Below, piece by piece: positions 10,440-19,150 of a DNA stretch of 64,000 nucleotides. The notes beneath the pieces were generated by a model that saw only the letters and a list, made by a program, of their open reading frames with translations, was not told the origin of the DNA and searched no databases. This DNA is from an uncultured Chloroflexia bacterium (GTDB lineage: Bacteria; Chloroflexota; Limnocylindria; Limnocylindrales; CSP1-4): contig CAVPPB010000001.1 of assembly GCA_963707215.1 (NCBI GenBank), forward strand, positions 544,001 through 608,000, in the 5' to 3' direction. Position numbers and translations under genes: made by a program. Positions within the stretch are counted from its first letter, which is position 1, and every line of letters begins with the position of its first letter.

Positions 10440-10893
10440 GGGGACGCTCGCGATCGCCGGTGGCCGCTCGAACGGCCGGGTCGGCGGAGGGGGAGGACGG
10501 CACGGCACCATCGTGCACGAGCCCGTCAACGCCGGCGAGGCGACCCGGCCCGGCGGTGCCGGACGACGCCGCCGCCGCGTCCCACTCGAGCTCGATCGAC
10601 TCGTCGGACGAGGATCCCAGGGTAGGCCCGCCGCAGCCGGGGCAGGTGCCGCCCGGAAGACCGTCCGACGAGGTGCCGCAGGAGGGGCACCAGCGCGGTG
10701 CCGGCCGATGGACGATCGTCAGCCGAACCGGATCCAGGCCCGGGGCGACGACCTCCAGGTGGAAGCGCAACGAGGCATCGAAGTCGGCCGGCGCATCGTG
10801 GCCGCCGGTCACCAGGACGCGAACGGGGACGCCGTCGATCCCGTGGTCGCGGATCGCGTCGGCGATGGTCCGGGCGATCCCAGCCTCGTGCAC
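10423..10893 (-). CDS. hypA: Divergent nickel metallochaperone HypA
   Basis: MHE N-terminus, CPSC and CPGC zinc knuckle, position within the hyp operon. Confidence 0.75.
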   Translation of the reverse strand: MHEAGIARTIADAIRDHGIDGVPVRVLVTGGHDAPADFDASLRFHLEVVAPGLDPVRLTIVHRPAPRWCPSCGTSSDGLPGGTCPGCGGPTLGSSSDESIELEWDAAAASSGTAGPGRLAGVDGLVHDGAVPSSPSADPAVRAATGDRERPHADGP

Positions 10894-10899
10894 CGGTCG

Positions 10900-11397
10900 T
10901 CAGGCTCCGACCGCCGCCGCGACGTCGGCCGCCGCTGCCATGGCCTCGTCGACGGCGAGCCGGACCGCCCGGGGGACGGCGGCCTCGACCGCCGGCGTGA
11001 GGTCGAGGCCCACGGCGATGGTCCCCGGCTGGATCGCCACCAGGGCGACCCGGTCCGGCAGGGTCCCGGTCAGCCGGGCGACCTCGATGAGGTCGCCCAC
11101 GCCGACCTGGTGGGGCGAGACGTGGCCGCCGAGGGCCGAGTGCAGCTCGTCGCCGCGGAGGACGCCAACGGTCCCCGGGGCGGCTCGGAGGTCGACGGCA
11201 TCGACCATGACGAGGGCCGCGCAGTCGCCGATCATCGGCAGCAGGTCGAGACCCAGGGTGCCGCCGTCGACCGCCCGGATGCCGGGCGGCAGGTCCAGCG
11301 CCGCCACCTCGTCGGCGACGCGGATGCCGACCCCCTCGTCCTGGAGGAGGACGTTGCCGACGCCCAGGACGAGGACGCCGCCGTCGGGACGGCTCAC
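10900..11397 (-). CDS. Hydrogenase maturation endopeptidase (HyaD/HybD family)
   Basis: GVGNVLLQDEGVG, DGGTLG, VDAV, SPHQ; GTG start overlaps the cytochrome b stop. Confidence 0.93.
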   Translation of the reverse strand: MSRPDGGVLVLGVGNVLLQDEGVGIRVADEVAALDLPPGIRAVDGGTLGLDLLPMIGDCAALVMVDAVDLRAAPGTVGVLRGDELHSALGGHVSPHQVGVGDLIEVARLTGTLPDRVALVAIQPGTIAVGLDLTPAVEAAVPRAVRLAVDEAMAAAADVAAAVGA

Positions 11398-12167
11398 TCG
11401 GCGACCCCCTGGACGTCCCAGCCGCCGTCCCGGGCCTCCTGGATCTCCCGGCGGGTGACGAACTTGTTGCCGCTGAAGATGCTCGACATGAGGCCGTTCC
11501 GCTCGAAGTGGTCGACCAGGAGCGCGCTGTAGATGTGGTGGATCATGAAGGCGATGATCGCCCACATCAGCAGGTGGTGGATGAGGCGGACGGTCTGGAC
11601 GCCAAGGCCGGTCGTGAGCCACCCGAACAGCGTCGCCCAGGGCTCGGTGCCGTGGACCGCGGCAAGCGCGAAACCGGTGAAGGTCTGGAGCAGGAACAGA
11701 CCGAAGACGATGATGTAGGTGCCGGCTGCCAGGGCGTTGTGCCCCAGGACCGTCGGCACTTCGCTCCGGGCGAACACGTACCAGCCGGTCTGGTGACCCA
11801 TCTCCCGGAACTGGTGTCGGCTGTGGGGGAAGAAGGCCCGCCAGTTCGAGAAGCGGTTCCCGACGAAGAGCCAGTAGGTCCTCAGGATGCCCGACGCCAC
11901 GAAGATGAAGGCGAAGAGCATGTGGATCGAGCGGACGACGCCCATCGTCCGCTCGTCGGCGCCGAAGAAGAACGGATCTGCGATATAGCCGCCGGTGACC
12001 GTCAGGACGGCGACCGAGCCGAAGGTGATCCAGTGGGTCACTCGCACCGGGACCTGCCAGACGTAGATCCGGACGCGCTGGCGGGCCAGCGGGATGGTGA
12101 TGTCGCCCTCGATGGGGCCGTTGGAGTCCTGCTGCGAAGCCGGGACGGCCGTGCCGGATGCGGTCAT
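11394..12167 (-). CDS. Ni/Fe-hydrogenase b-type cytochrome subunit
   Basis: YVWQVPVRVTHW, RSIHM, GHNALA, RLIHHLLMW, IHHIY heme-ligand His residues; 4 TM segments. Confidence 0.93.
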   Translation of the reverse strand: MTASGTAVPASQQDSNGPIEGDITIPLARQRVRIYVWQVPVRVTHWITFGSVAVLTVTGGYIADPFFFGADERTMGVVRSIHMLFAFIFVASGILRTYWLFVGNRFSNWRAFFPHSRHQFREMGHQTGWYVFARSEVPTVLGHNALAAGTYIIVFGLFLLQTFTGFALAAVHGTEPWATLFGWLTTGLGVQTVRLIHHLLMWAIIAFMIHHIYSALLVDHFERNGLMSSIFSGNKFVTRREIQEARDGGWDVQGVAE

Positions 12168-12180
12168 CGCGCGCCTCCCC

Positions 12181-13890
12181 TCAGACGACCCGGATCTCGA
12201 CGGACGAGCCGCGCGCCGGGTCGTGGACGTGCACGGCGCAGGCCATGCAAGGATCGAAGGAGTGGACGGTCCGAAGCACCTCGACCGGCTTGGTCGGGTC
12301 GGCGATCGGTGTCCCGATCAGGGCCTCCTCCCAGGCGCCGCGGTTGCCCGCGGCGTCACGGGGTGAGCCGTTCCAGGTCGAGGGGACCACGAACTGGTAG
12401 TTCTCGATGTTCTGGCCGTCGATGACGATCCAGTGGCCCAGCGAGCCGCGCGGCGCCTCCTCGAGGCCGAAGCCCTCGGCCCGCTCGGGCCAGCTCTTCG
12501 GGTCCCAGAGAGAGACGTCGGCGATGGCCAGGTCGCCGCGGTCGAGGTTCGCCGACAGCTCCTCGAGCCAGGTCGGCAGGCGAGCCGCCAGGACCTGGGT
12601 CTCGACCGCCCGGGCCGCGATCCGGCCGAGGGTGCTGAAGAGCGCCTCCGGACCGACGCCGAGGGCGCCCAGGACGCCGTCGACCGCGGCCTTGACCTCG
12701 GCGTTGCCGGCCACGTAGGCAACCAGCATCCGGGACAGCGGACCGACCTCCATCGGCTGGCCGTCGTAGCGGGGCGCCTTGAGCCAGCTGTACTTGTCGA
12801 ACCCCTCGAGGGTGTCGAACGGCGGTGTCGGGCCCGCGTACCTCGGGTTGGTCTCGCCCTGGCCCGGGTACTTGAGGGCGGCGTCGTCGTCGCTGTACTC
12901 ATAGTACGAGTGGGCGACCGTCTCGGCGATCTTGGTCGGGTCGACGTCCACGACGGTGGAGATGTCGCGGGCCATGATCCGGCCGCGCGGCAGGTAGAAC
13001 GCCGACGGCTGGCCGGAGTCGTCCTCCGGGAACTCGCCGTAGGACATGTAGTTGCCGATGCCGGCGCCGATGCCGGCCCAGTCCTTGTAGAACCCGGCCA
13101 CCGCCAGGACGTCCGGGATGTAGACCCGGTCCACGAAGTCCTTGGCCTTCTGGAGGAGGCTGGCGACCTCCGAGATGTGGCGGGCATTGAACGCGGTCGG
13201 CGAGTTCGGGTCGAGACCCAGGGCCATGCCGCCGACGACGTAGGTCTGGGGGTGCGGGTTCTTGCTGCCGAGCAGGGCGTGGATCCGGATGACCTCGCGC
13301 TGCCAATCGAGCGCCTCGAGGTAGTGGGCGACCGCCAGGAGGTTGGCCTCGGGCGGCAGCTTGTAGGCCGGGTGGCCCCAGTAGCCGTTGGTGAACGGGC
13401 CGAGCTGGCCCGAGTCGACGTAGGCCTGGAGCTTGGCCTTGACGCCCTCGAAGTACGAGACGCTCGAGAGCGGCCAGTCGCTGATCGACTGGGCCAGGCG
13501 CGAGGTGGCCAGCGGCTCGGCGCTGAGGGCCGACACGACGTCGACCCAGTCCAGGGCGTGCAGGTGGTAGAAGTGGATGACGTGGTCCTGGACGTACTGG
13601 ATGCCGGCGATGAGGTTGCGGACCAGGCGGGCGTTGGTCGGGATCCGGATGTCCAGGGCGTTCTCCACGGCCCGGACCGAGGCCAGGGCATGGACCGTGG
13701 TGCAGACGCCGCAAGCCCGCTGGGCGAAGACCCAGGCATCGCGCGGATCGCGACCCTTGAGGATCAGCTCGAGCCCGCGGAACATCGTCCCCGAGCTCCA
13801 GGCGTCGGTCACCGCGCCGCCGGAGACCTCGACCTCGATCCGCAGGTGACCTTCGATCCGGGTGATCGGGTCGATGGCGATCCGGGTCAT
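12181..13890 (-). CDS. Group 1 membrane-bound [NiFe]-hydrogenase large subunit
   Basis: DPITRIEGH, L1 motif QRACGVC, L2 motif SFDPCMACAVH followed by a cleavable C-terminal tail. Confidence 0.97.
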   Translation of the reverse strand: MTRIAIDPITRIEGHLRIEVEVSGGAVTDAWSSGTMFRGLELILKGRDPRDAWVFAQRACGVCTTVHALASVRAVENALDIRIPTNARLVRNLIAGIQYVQDHVIHFYHLHALDWVDVVSALSAEPLATSRLAQSISDWPLSSVSYFEGVKAKLQAYVDSGQLGPFTNGYWGHPAYKLPPEANLLAVAHYLEALDWQREVIRIHALLGSKNPHPQTYVVGGMALGLDPNSPTAFNARHISEVASLLQKAKDFVDRVYIPDVLAVAGFYKDWAGIGAGIGNYMSYGEFPEDDSGQPSAFYLPRGRIMARDISTVVDVDPTKIAETVAHSYYEYSDDDAALKYPGQGETNPRYAGPTPPFDTLEGFDKYSWLKAPRYDGQPMEVGPLSRMLVAYVAGNAEVKAAVDGVLGALGVGPEALFSTLGRIAARAVETQVLAARLPTWLEELSANLDRGDLAIADVSLWDPKSWPERAEGFGLEEAPRGSLGHWIVIDGQNIENYQFVVPSTWNGSPRDAAGNRGAWEEALIGTPIADPTKPVEVLRTVHSFDPCMACAVHVHDPARGSSVEIRVV

Positions 13891-15050
13891 CGGTCGGTTC
13901 CCTCCGTCTCATCGTCGATCGGCTTCTGCGCCAGCTTCGGGTCGTCGGCGGCCATGTGGGCCACGGCGACGGGCTGGTGCTCCACGCCGCGCTTGCGGCG
14001 GCCGTAGCTGATGACGCCATGGACGGCCGAGAGGCCGGCGACGGCGCCGACGAGGGCGACGCCCACCTGGTCGACCGTCACGTCGTTGGGGAACGGAGGC
14101 GGAGCCGGGAGACGGCCGTAGAACGGCGTCATCTCGTCCCAGAAGCGTGGCATCGTGCAGCCGACGCAGCCATGCCCCGACTTGACCGGCCAGCTGGTCC
14201 CGTCGTTGAAGCGAGCCGTCGGGCAGTTGGCCATCGTCTCGGGGCCCTTGCAGCCCATCTTGTAGAGGCACCAGCCCTCGCGGTGGCCTTCGTCACCCCA
14301 CGCCTCGACGTAACGGCCGGCCTCGAAGTGGGCGCGCCGCTCGCACTGGTCGTGGATGAGCTGGCCATATGCGAAGAGCGGCCGGCCGAGCGTGTCGGTG
14401 GCCGGCAGCTCCCCGAAGGTCAGGTAGTGGACGATCGTGGCCGTCAGGTTCTGGACGTTCATGGGGCAGCCGGGCAGGTTGACGACCGTCCTCGACGGCG
14501 CGAGCTGGGCCGCCCCGATGGCCCCGGTCGGGCCACCGTTGGCCGCCGGTAGACCGCCATCGAAGGCGCAGCTGCCGACGGCGATCGTCGCCAGCGCCCC
14601 GTCCATGACCTCGTTGGCGATGTCGCGGAAGGTCCGCCCGCCGACCGTGCAATAGATGCCGTCGTCGGCGATGGGGATCGAGCCCTCGATGACCGCGATG
14701 TAGCCGTTGGGGTACTTCTCCATCGTGGCGATCCGGGACTCCTCCGCCTGGACGCCGGCGGCCGCCATGATCGTCTCGTGGTAGTCGACCGACAGGATGT
14801 CGAGGACCAGCTCGGCGGTCGTGGGATGCGACGCCCGCAGGAACCCCTCGGTATTGCCGGCACAGTCCTGGCCCTCGAGCCAGATGACGGGGATCCGTGG
14901 GGCCGACTCGAGCGCCCTGGCGATCCTCGGCGCATACGACGCCGGCAGGGCCAGGGCACCGGCCATCGCGGCCGAGAACTTCAGGAATGCCCGCCGGCTG
15001 ACGCCTCGCACGGTCAGCAGGTCGGCGATCCCGCCGGTCGATCCATCCAT
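13887..15050 (-). CDS. Group 1 [NiFe]-hydrogenase small subunit (Tat-exported, C-terminal anchor)
   Basis: SRRAFLK Tat motif, QDCAGN, GSCA, PGCP, HDQC, CLYKMGCKGP, GHGCVGC, C-terminal TM helix. Confidence 0.96.
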   Translation of the reverse strand: MDGSTGGIADLLTVRGVSRRAFLKFSAAMAGALALPASYAPRIARALESAPRIPVIWLEGQDCAGNTEGFLRASHPTTAELVLDILSVDYHETIMAAAGVQAEESRIATMEKYPNGYIAVIEGSIPIADDGIYCTVGGRTFRDIANEVMDGALATIAVGSCAFDGGLPAANGGPTGAIGAAQLAPSRTVVNLPGCPMNVQNLTATIVHYLTFGELPATDTLGRPLFAYGQLIHDQCERRAHFEAGRYVEAWGDEGHREGWCLYKMGCKGPETMANCPTARFNDGTSWPVKSGHGCVGCTMPRFWDEMTPFYGRLPAPPPFPNDVTVDQVGVALVGAVAGLSAVHGVISYGRRKRGVEHQPVAVAHMAADDPKLAQKPIDDETEGTDR

Positions 15051-15147
15051 CGCTCGCCCTCACGAATGGCCGCCCGCCGCACTCGCCGGCGAGCGCCCGG
15101 CCTCGTTGGATGGGGGGATGGTGGAGGGCCGTCCGGCGATCTCGTAT

Positions 15148-15255
15148 GGGCCGACAGGCCCTCACTGCCGGGACCTCCGGACCGGATGGAACGCATTCGT
15201 ATGGTCGCATGGATCCCCGCAGCGGGCGGCCCGTCGGGTTCGGGCCATCGGTCCC
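15148..15255. promoter_or_regulatory. DosR-type boxes in the divergent hydrogenase/ybaK promoter
   Basis: GGGCC-GACA-GGCCC (15148), GGGAC-CTCC-GGACC (15170, 22 bp later), GGGCC-ATCG-GTCCC (15242). Confidence 0.55.
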
Positions 15256-15386
15256 GGCCGACCGGGCCCTCCCACCCTGTCGCGACCGTCGCGACGGGCA
15301 CGACGATTCGGCCTGTCCGCCAGACGACGAACCCGACGGACCCGGCGACCGGTCCCGGTGGGGCGCAGGGCGGGAAGGAGGGCGCG

Positions 15387-15911
15387 ATGGCGACCAACGA
15401 ACGCGAAGCGACCACCGGACCGCACGCCGGCCTTCTCGATTGGCTGGCCGCGCACGGGGTCGAGTACGAGCTCCACGAGCATCCGCTGACGTTCACGGCC
15501 AGGGAGACGGCCGAGATCGAGGGGGTCGATCCCCGCCGGTTCGCCAAGGTCGTGGCCGTGGAAGCGGCCGACGGACGCCGCGCCCTGATCGTCGTCGACG
15601 CGATCGACCACGTCGACCTCGGCAAGGTCGCCGATCGCCTCGGGGTCGATCAGGCTCGCCTCCTGACCGAGGGTGAGCTGGTGGGCTTCGCCCCCGGCTG
15701 CGACGTGGGGACGATGCCGCCGATCGGCGAGCTCTTCGGGGTGGACGTCCTGGCCGACATCGCCGTTCGCGAGGACCCCGAGATCACCTTTCACGCGGGC
15801 AGCCACCACTTCACCGTCCACGTCGATCGCGCCGGCTGGGAGCAAGCGACCCGGGTGACCTACGCGGACCTCGCCGACAGCCGGGATCGCCAGCCGGCCT
15901 GGGCCCGCTGA
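15387..15911 (+). CDS. YbaK/EbsC family aminoacyl-tRNA deacylase
   Basis: AAGGAGG RBS; HPLTFTA, FAKVV, CDVGTMPPIG, TFHAGSH. Confidence 0.88.
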   Translation: MATNEREATTGPHAGLLDWLAAHGVEYELHEHPLTFTARETAEIEGVDPRRFAKVVAVEAADGRRALIVVDAIDHVDLGKVADRLGVDQARLLTEGELVGFAPGCDVGTMPPIGELFGVDVLADIAVREDPEITFHAGSHHFTVHVDRAGWEQATRVTYADLADSRDRQPAWAR

Positions 15912-16025
15912 GCGGATCAGGACCGAACGTCCTCCGGGGCGGTCCGGACCGCCCGTCATGAGGCATCCTCCGGCCCTGCCGACGACCGTGGTCCGCGCGC
16001 AGGCTGTGCCCGGAGGTGCGACCTG

Positions 16026-16313
16026 ATGGCCGTCTCGTCACTCATCGACCCGGGGGCCGTGGCGCTCGAGGCCGGCGTCCGGGTCGAGCCCTTCGAGCCC
16101 CTGGCGATCGCGGTCGACCGCTGCAAGGGCTGTGAGCTCTGCGTCACAGCCTGTCCCAAGGGCGTGCTGGCGCTGGATCTTGCCGCCGTCAACGGTCTGG
16201 GCTACCACCCCGTCCGCCTGACCGAGCCGACGGGCTGCACGAGCTGTGCGATCTGCGCCCGCGTCTGCCCCGACGCCGTCTTCACCGTCTACGCACGACC
16301 ACGGGAGGGCTGA
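16026..16313 (+). CDS. 2x[4Fe-4S] ferredoxin subunit of 2-oxoacid:ferredoxin oxidoreductase (delta)
   Basis: CKGCELCVTACP and CTSCAICARVCP; NGLGYHP. Confidence 0.9.
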   Translation: MAVSSLIDPGAVALEAGVRVEPFEPLAIAVDRCKGCELCVTACPKGVLALDLAAVNGLGYHPVRLTEPTGCTSCAICARVCPDAVFTVYARPREG

Positions 16314-16314
16314 G

Positions 16315-17700
16315 GTGGGCAGCACCGTTCGCGACCAGGATGCGGTCGCTGTCGCCGCCGCAGGGGTGGTCGCCGCCGCCAACCCGGAGCGCGTGCTCCT
16401 GAAGGGCAACGAGGCGATCGCCGAGGCCGCCATCCAGGCGGGCTGCGACGCCTACTTCGGATATCCGATCACACCCCAGGCCGAGCTCCTCGAATGGATG
16501 GCCCGGCGGATGCCCGAGGAGGGTCGGGCGTTCGTGCAGGCCGAGAGCGAGCTCGCCGCGATCAACATGGCCCTGGGCGCCGCGGCCACCGGGAGCCGGG
16601 TCCTGGTGAGCTCATCGTCGCCGGGGATCAGCCTGATGGCCGAGGCCATGAGCTACATGGCCGCCTCGGAGCTGCCCGTCGTCCTGGTCAACATCATGCG
16701 CGGCGGCCCGGGCCTCGGATCCATCGGACCGGCCCAGGGCGACTACTTCCAGGCGACCAAGGGCCACGGCCACGGGGACTACCGGACACCGGTCCTGGCC
16801 CCCGCCTCGATCGCCGAGGCGATGGCGCTCGTCGCCGACGCGTTCGAGCTGGCCGAGCGCTACCGGACCCCGGTCATGATCCTGGCCGACGGCATCCTCG
16901 GCCAGGCCATGGAGCCGGTCGTCCCGGCCTATCGCTGCCCGCCCCGCCGGATCCCGGGTTGGGCGGTCGAGGGAGCCGATGGCCGCCCGCCCAGGATCGT
17001 CAGGTCGCTCCACCTGAAGCCGGAGGCGCTCGAGGCGCACAACCGGCACCTCCAGGCGAAGTACGCCGCGATCCGGCACCGGGAGGTCCGCTGGGCGGGC
17101 GAGGAACTCGACGACGCCGAGCTTGTCATCGTCGCCTATGGCACCGCTGCGAGGGTAGCCCGCACGGCTGTACACCGTGCCCGTCAGACGGGCCTTCGGG
17201 TCGGCCTGTTCCGGCCGATCACCCTCTGGCCGTTCCCCGAGGTCGCGCTCCGCTCGATCGCAGGCCGCTGCCGCGGCGTCCTCGCCCTCGAGCTCGCCGC
17301 GGGTCAGCTGGTCGAGGACGTCCGCCTCGCCGTCGAGGGACGAGCCCCGGTGACCCACCACGGTCGGACCGGCGGGATGGTGCCGTCGCCCGGCGAGGTC
17401 GTCACCGCTCTCCGCCACCTGTTCGCCATCACCGAGCCCATGGCGCTCGACGACTCCCCCGCTGGATGGCTCTCCGAGCCCGATCCCCTGAGCCTGCTGG
17501 ACCGGCCGGACCCGAACCTCGCTCCGATGGACGACGAGCCGGTCGAGATCCCGCCGGAAGGTCCGTCTGGTCCGCAGGACCGAGCCGATCCGCCAAGCCC
17601 GGCCTCCGACGCCGACTGGCGCGACCTTGTCCGAGGGACGAAGACGCGAGGCCGACTCGCACCCATGGCGCGGACGGTCACCAAGGAGATGCGCTCGTGA
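16315..17700 (+). CDS. vorB: Vor-type (2-ketoisovalerate-like) 2-oxoacid:ferredoxin oxidoreductase alpha subunit
   Basis: KGNEAIAEAA, YFGYPITPQ, QAESE, SSSPGISL, RGGPGLG, FRPITLWPFP. Confidence 0.9.
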   Translation: MGSTVRDQDAVAVAAAGVVAAANPERVLLKGNEAIAEAAIQAGCDAYFGYPITPQAELLEWMARRMPEEGRAFVQAESELAAINMALGAAATGSRVLVSSSSPGISLMAEAMSYMAASELPVVLVNIMRGGPGLGSIGPAQGDYFQATKGHGHGDYRTPVLAPASIAEAMALVADAFELAERYRTPVMILADGILGQAMEPVVPAYRCPPRRIPGWAVEGADGRPPRIVRSLHLKPEALEAHNRHLQAKYAAIRHREVRWAGEELDDAELVIVAYGTAARVARTAVHRARQTGLRVGLFRPITLWPFPEVALRSIAGRCRGVLALELAAGQLVEDVRLAVEGRAPVTHHGRTGGMVPSPGEVVTALRHLFAITEPMALDDSPAGWLSEPDPLSLLDRPDPNLAPMDDEPVEIPPEGPSGPQDRADPPSPASDADWRDLVRGTKTRGRLAPMARTVTKEMRS

Positions 17701-18494
17701 CGACCACGATGGCACCGGCCGCTCCCCGGGTCGTGTACGAACATCCGGCCCTGCTCGACGAACGGTCGACCCACTACTGCCCCGGCTGCGGTCATGGGAC
17801 CGTCCACCGCCTCCTCGCGGAGGTGCTGGGCGAGCTCCACCTCGGCCCTCGGACCATCGCCGTCGCGCCCGTGGGCTGCGCGGTCTTCGCCTACGACTAT
17901 CTCCGGCTCGACTTCGTCGAGGCGCCGCACGGGCGCGCGCCGGCCGTGGCGACGGGCATCCGCCGGGTCCGCCCGGACGCGTTCGTGCTGACCTACCAGG
18001 GCGACGGCGACCTGGCGGCGATCGGGACGGCCGAGATCGTCCACGCGGCGGCCCGCGGCGAGACGATCACAGCGGTCTTCGTGAACAACGGCATCTACGG
18101 GATGACGGGCGGCCAGATGGCGCCGACGACGCTGCTCGGCCAGCGGACCACCTCGACGCCGCTCGGCCGCGACGCCCGGGAGGCCGGCTATCCCCTGCCG
18201 ATCACCGAGATGCTGGCGATCCTTCCCGGGGTCGCCTACGCCGCTCGCGGCACCCTGGCCGACCCGGGCTCGATCGGCAAGGTCAGGGCGATGCTGCGGC
18301 GGGCCTGTGAGGTCCAGATCGACGGCGCGGGCTTCGCCATCGTCGAGGTCCTCGCCAACTGCCCGGTCGGCTGGGGTATGACGCCGCCCGAATCGATCGC
18401 CCACCTGGCCGAGGTGGCCCGGACCTACCCGGTCGGCGTGATCCTCGATCGAGCCAAGGGCGTCGGTGTCCGCCCCGACCCGACGGAGGCCTGA
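17697..18494 (+). CDS. 2-oxoacid:ferredoxin oxidoreductase beta (TPP-binding) subunit
   Basis: HYCPGCGHG, HGRAPA, YQGDGD...NNGIYGMTGGQ; GTGA overlap with the alpha stop. Confidence 0.92.
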   Translation: MTTTMAPAAPRVVYEHPALLDERSTHYCPGCGHGTVHRLLAEVLGELHLGPRTIAVAPVGCAVFAYDYLRLDFVEAPHGRAPAVATGIRRVRPDAFVLTYQGDGDLAAIGTAEIVHAAARGETITAVFVNNGIYGMTGGQMAPTTLLGQRTTSTPLGRDAREAGYPLPITEMLAILPGVAYAARGTLADPGSIGKVRAMLRRACEVQIDGAGFAIVEVLANCPVGWGMTPPESIAHLAEVARTYPVGVILDRAKGVGVRPDPTEA

Positions 18495-18496
18495 CC

Positions 18497-19060
18497 ATGG
18501 AGCTGTCCACGATCTTCGCCGGGTTCGGGGGTCAGGGCCTTCTCTTCGCCGGGACCGTCCTGGCACGGGCCGCGATGTCCGAGGGCCGCGAGGTCCTCTG
18601 GATCCCCTCCTACGGACCGGAGATGCGCGGCGGGACCGCCTCCTGCACCGTCATCCTGGGCGACCGGCCGATCGGCTCGCCGGTCGTCGACCGGGCCGAC
18701 GCAGCGGTCGTCCTCAACCCACCATCCCTGGCCAGGTTCGAGCCGCTGATCGCACCTGGCGGTCTGCTGGTCCTGAACGTCTCCCTGATCGAGGCCGAAC
18801 CCGCCCGCCGCGACCTCGAGGTCGTCGCGCTGCCCTGCACGGCCCTGGCGCGCGAGGCCGGGGACGACCGACTGGTCAGCGTGGTCGCACTCGGAGCGCT
18901 GGTGGCCCGCCGGCCGGTCGTCTCGCGGGCGGCGATCCATGCGGCGATGGCCGCCGTCGTGTCGGCCAAGCGCCCGGAGATCCTGGACGCCGACCTCGCC
19001 GCGTTCGACACGGGCTACGACCGGACGGAGGTCCCGGTGGGGGCGTCGGCGGACCGCTGA
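18497..19060 (+). CDS. 2-oxoacid:acceptor oxidoreductase gamma subunit
   Basis: AGFGGQG, PSYGPEMRGGTA. Confidence 0.92.
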   Translation: MELSTIFAGFGGQGLLFAGTVLARAAMSEGREVLWIPSYGPEMRGGTASCTVILGDRPIGSPVVDRADAAVVLNPPSLARFEPLIAPGGLLVLNVSLIEAEPARRDLEVVALPCTALAREAGDDRLVSVVALGALVARRPVVSRAAIHAAMAAVVSAKRPEILDADLAAFDTGYDRTEVPVGASADR

Positions 19061-19150
19061 GGCCCGTCGTCGAACGCTCGAGGCGCGTCTCCGGCACGGG
19101 GCGCGTCGGCGGTCCGCCCTCGCATGGGCGCCCGGGCGCCTCCCCTGAGC

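Noticed and set aside
7869-10625. Very long opposite-strand or alternate-frame ORFs (e.g. 7869-10625 +, 31622-33874 +, 58167-60176 -, 1741-3264 +)
   Set aside because: Shadow ORFs of well-supported genes. Stop codons are rare at this GC content and the translations carry no family motifs.
12181-13890. Possible [NiFeSe] hydrogenase or selenocysteine recoding
   Set aside because: Both large subunits have ordinary Cys in L2 (DPCMAC, DPCISC) and no in-frame TGA.
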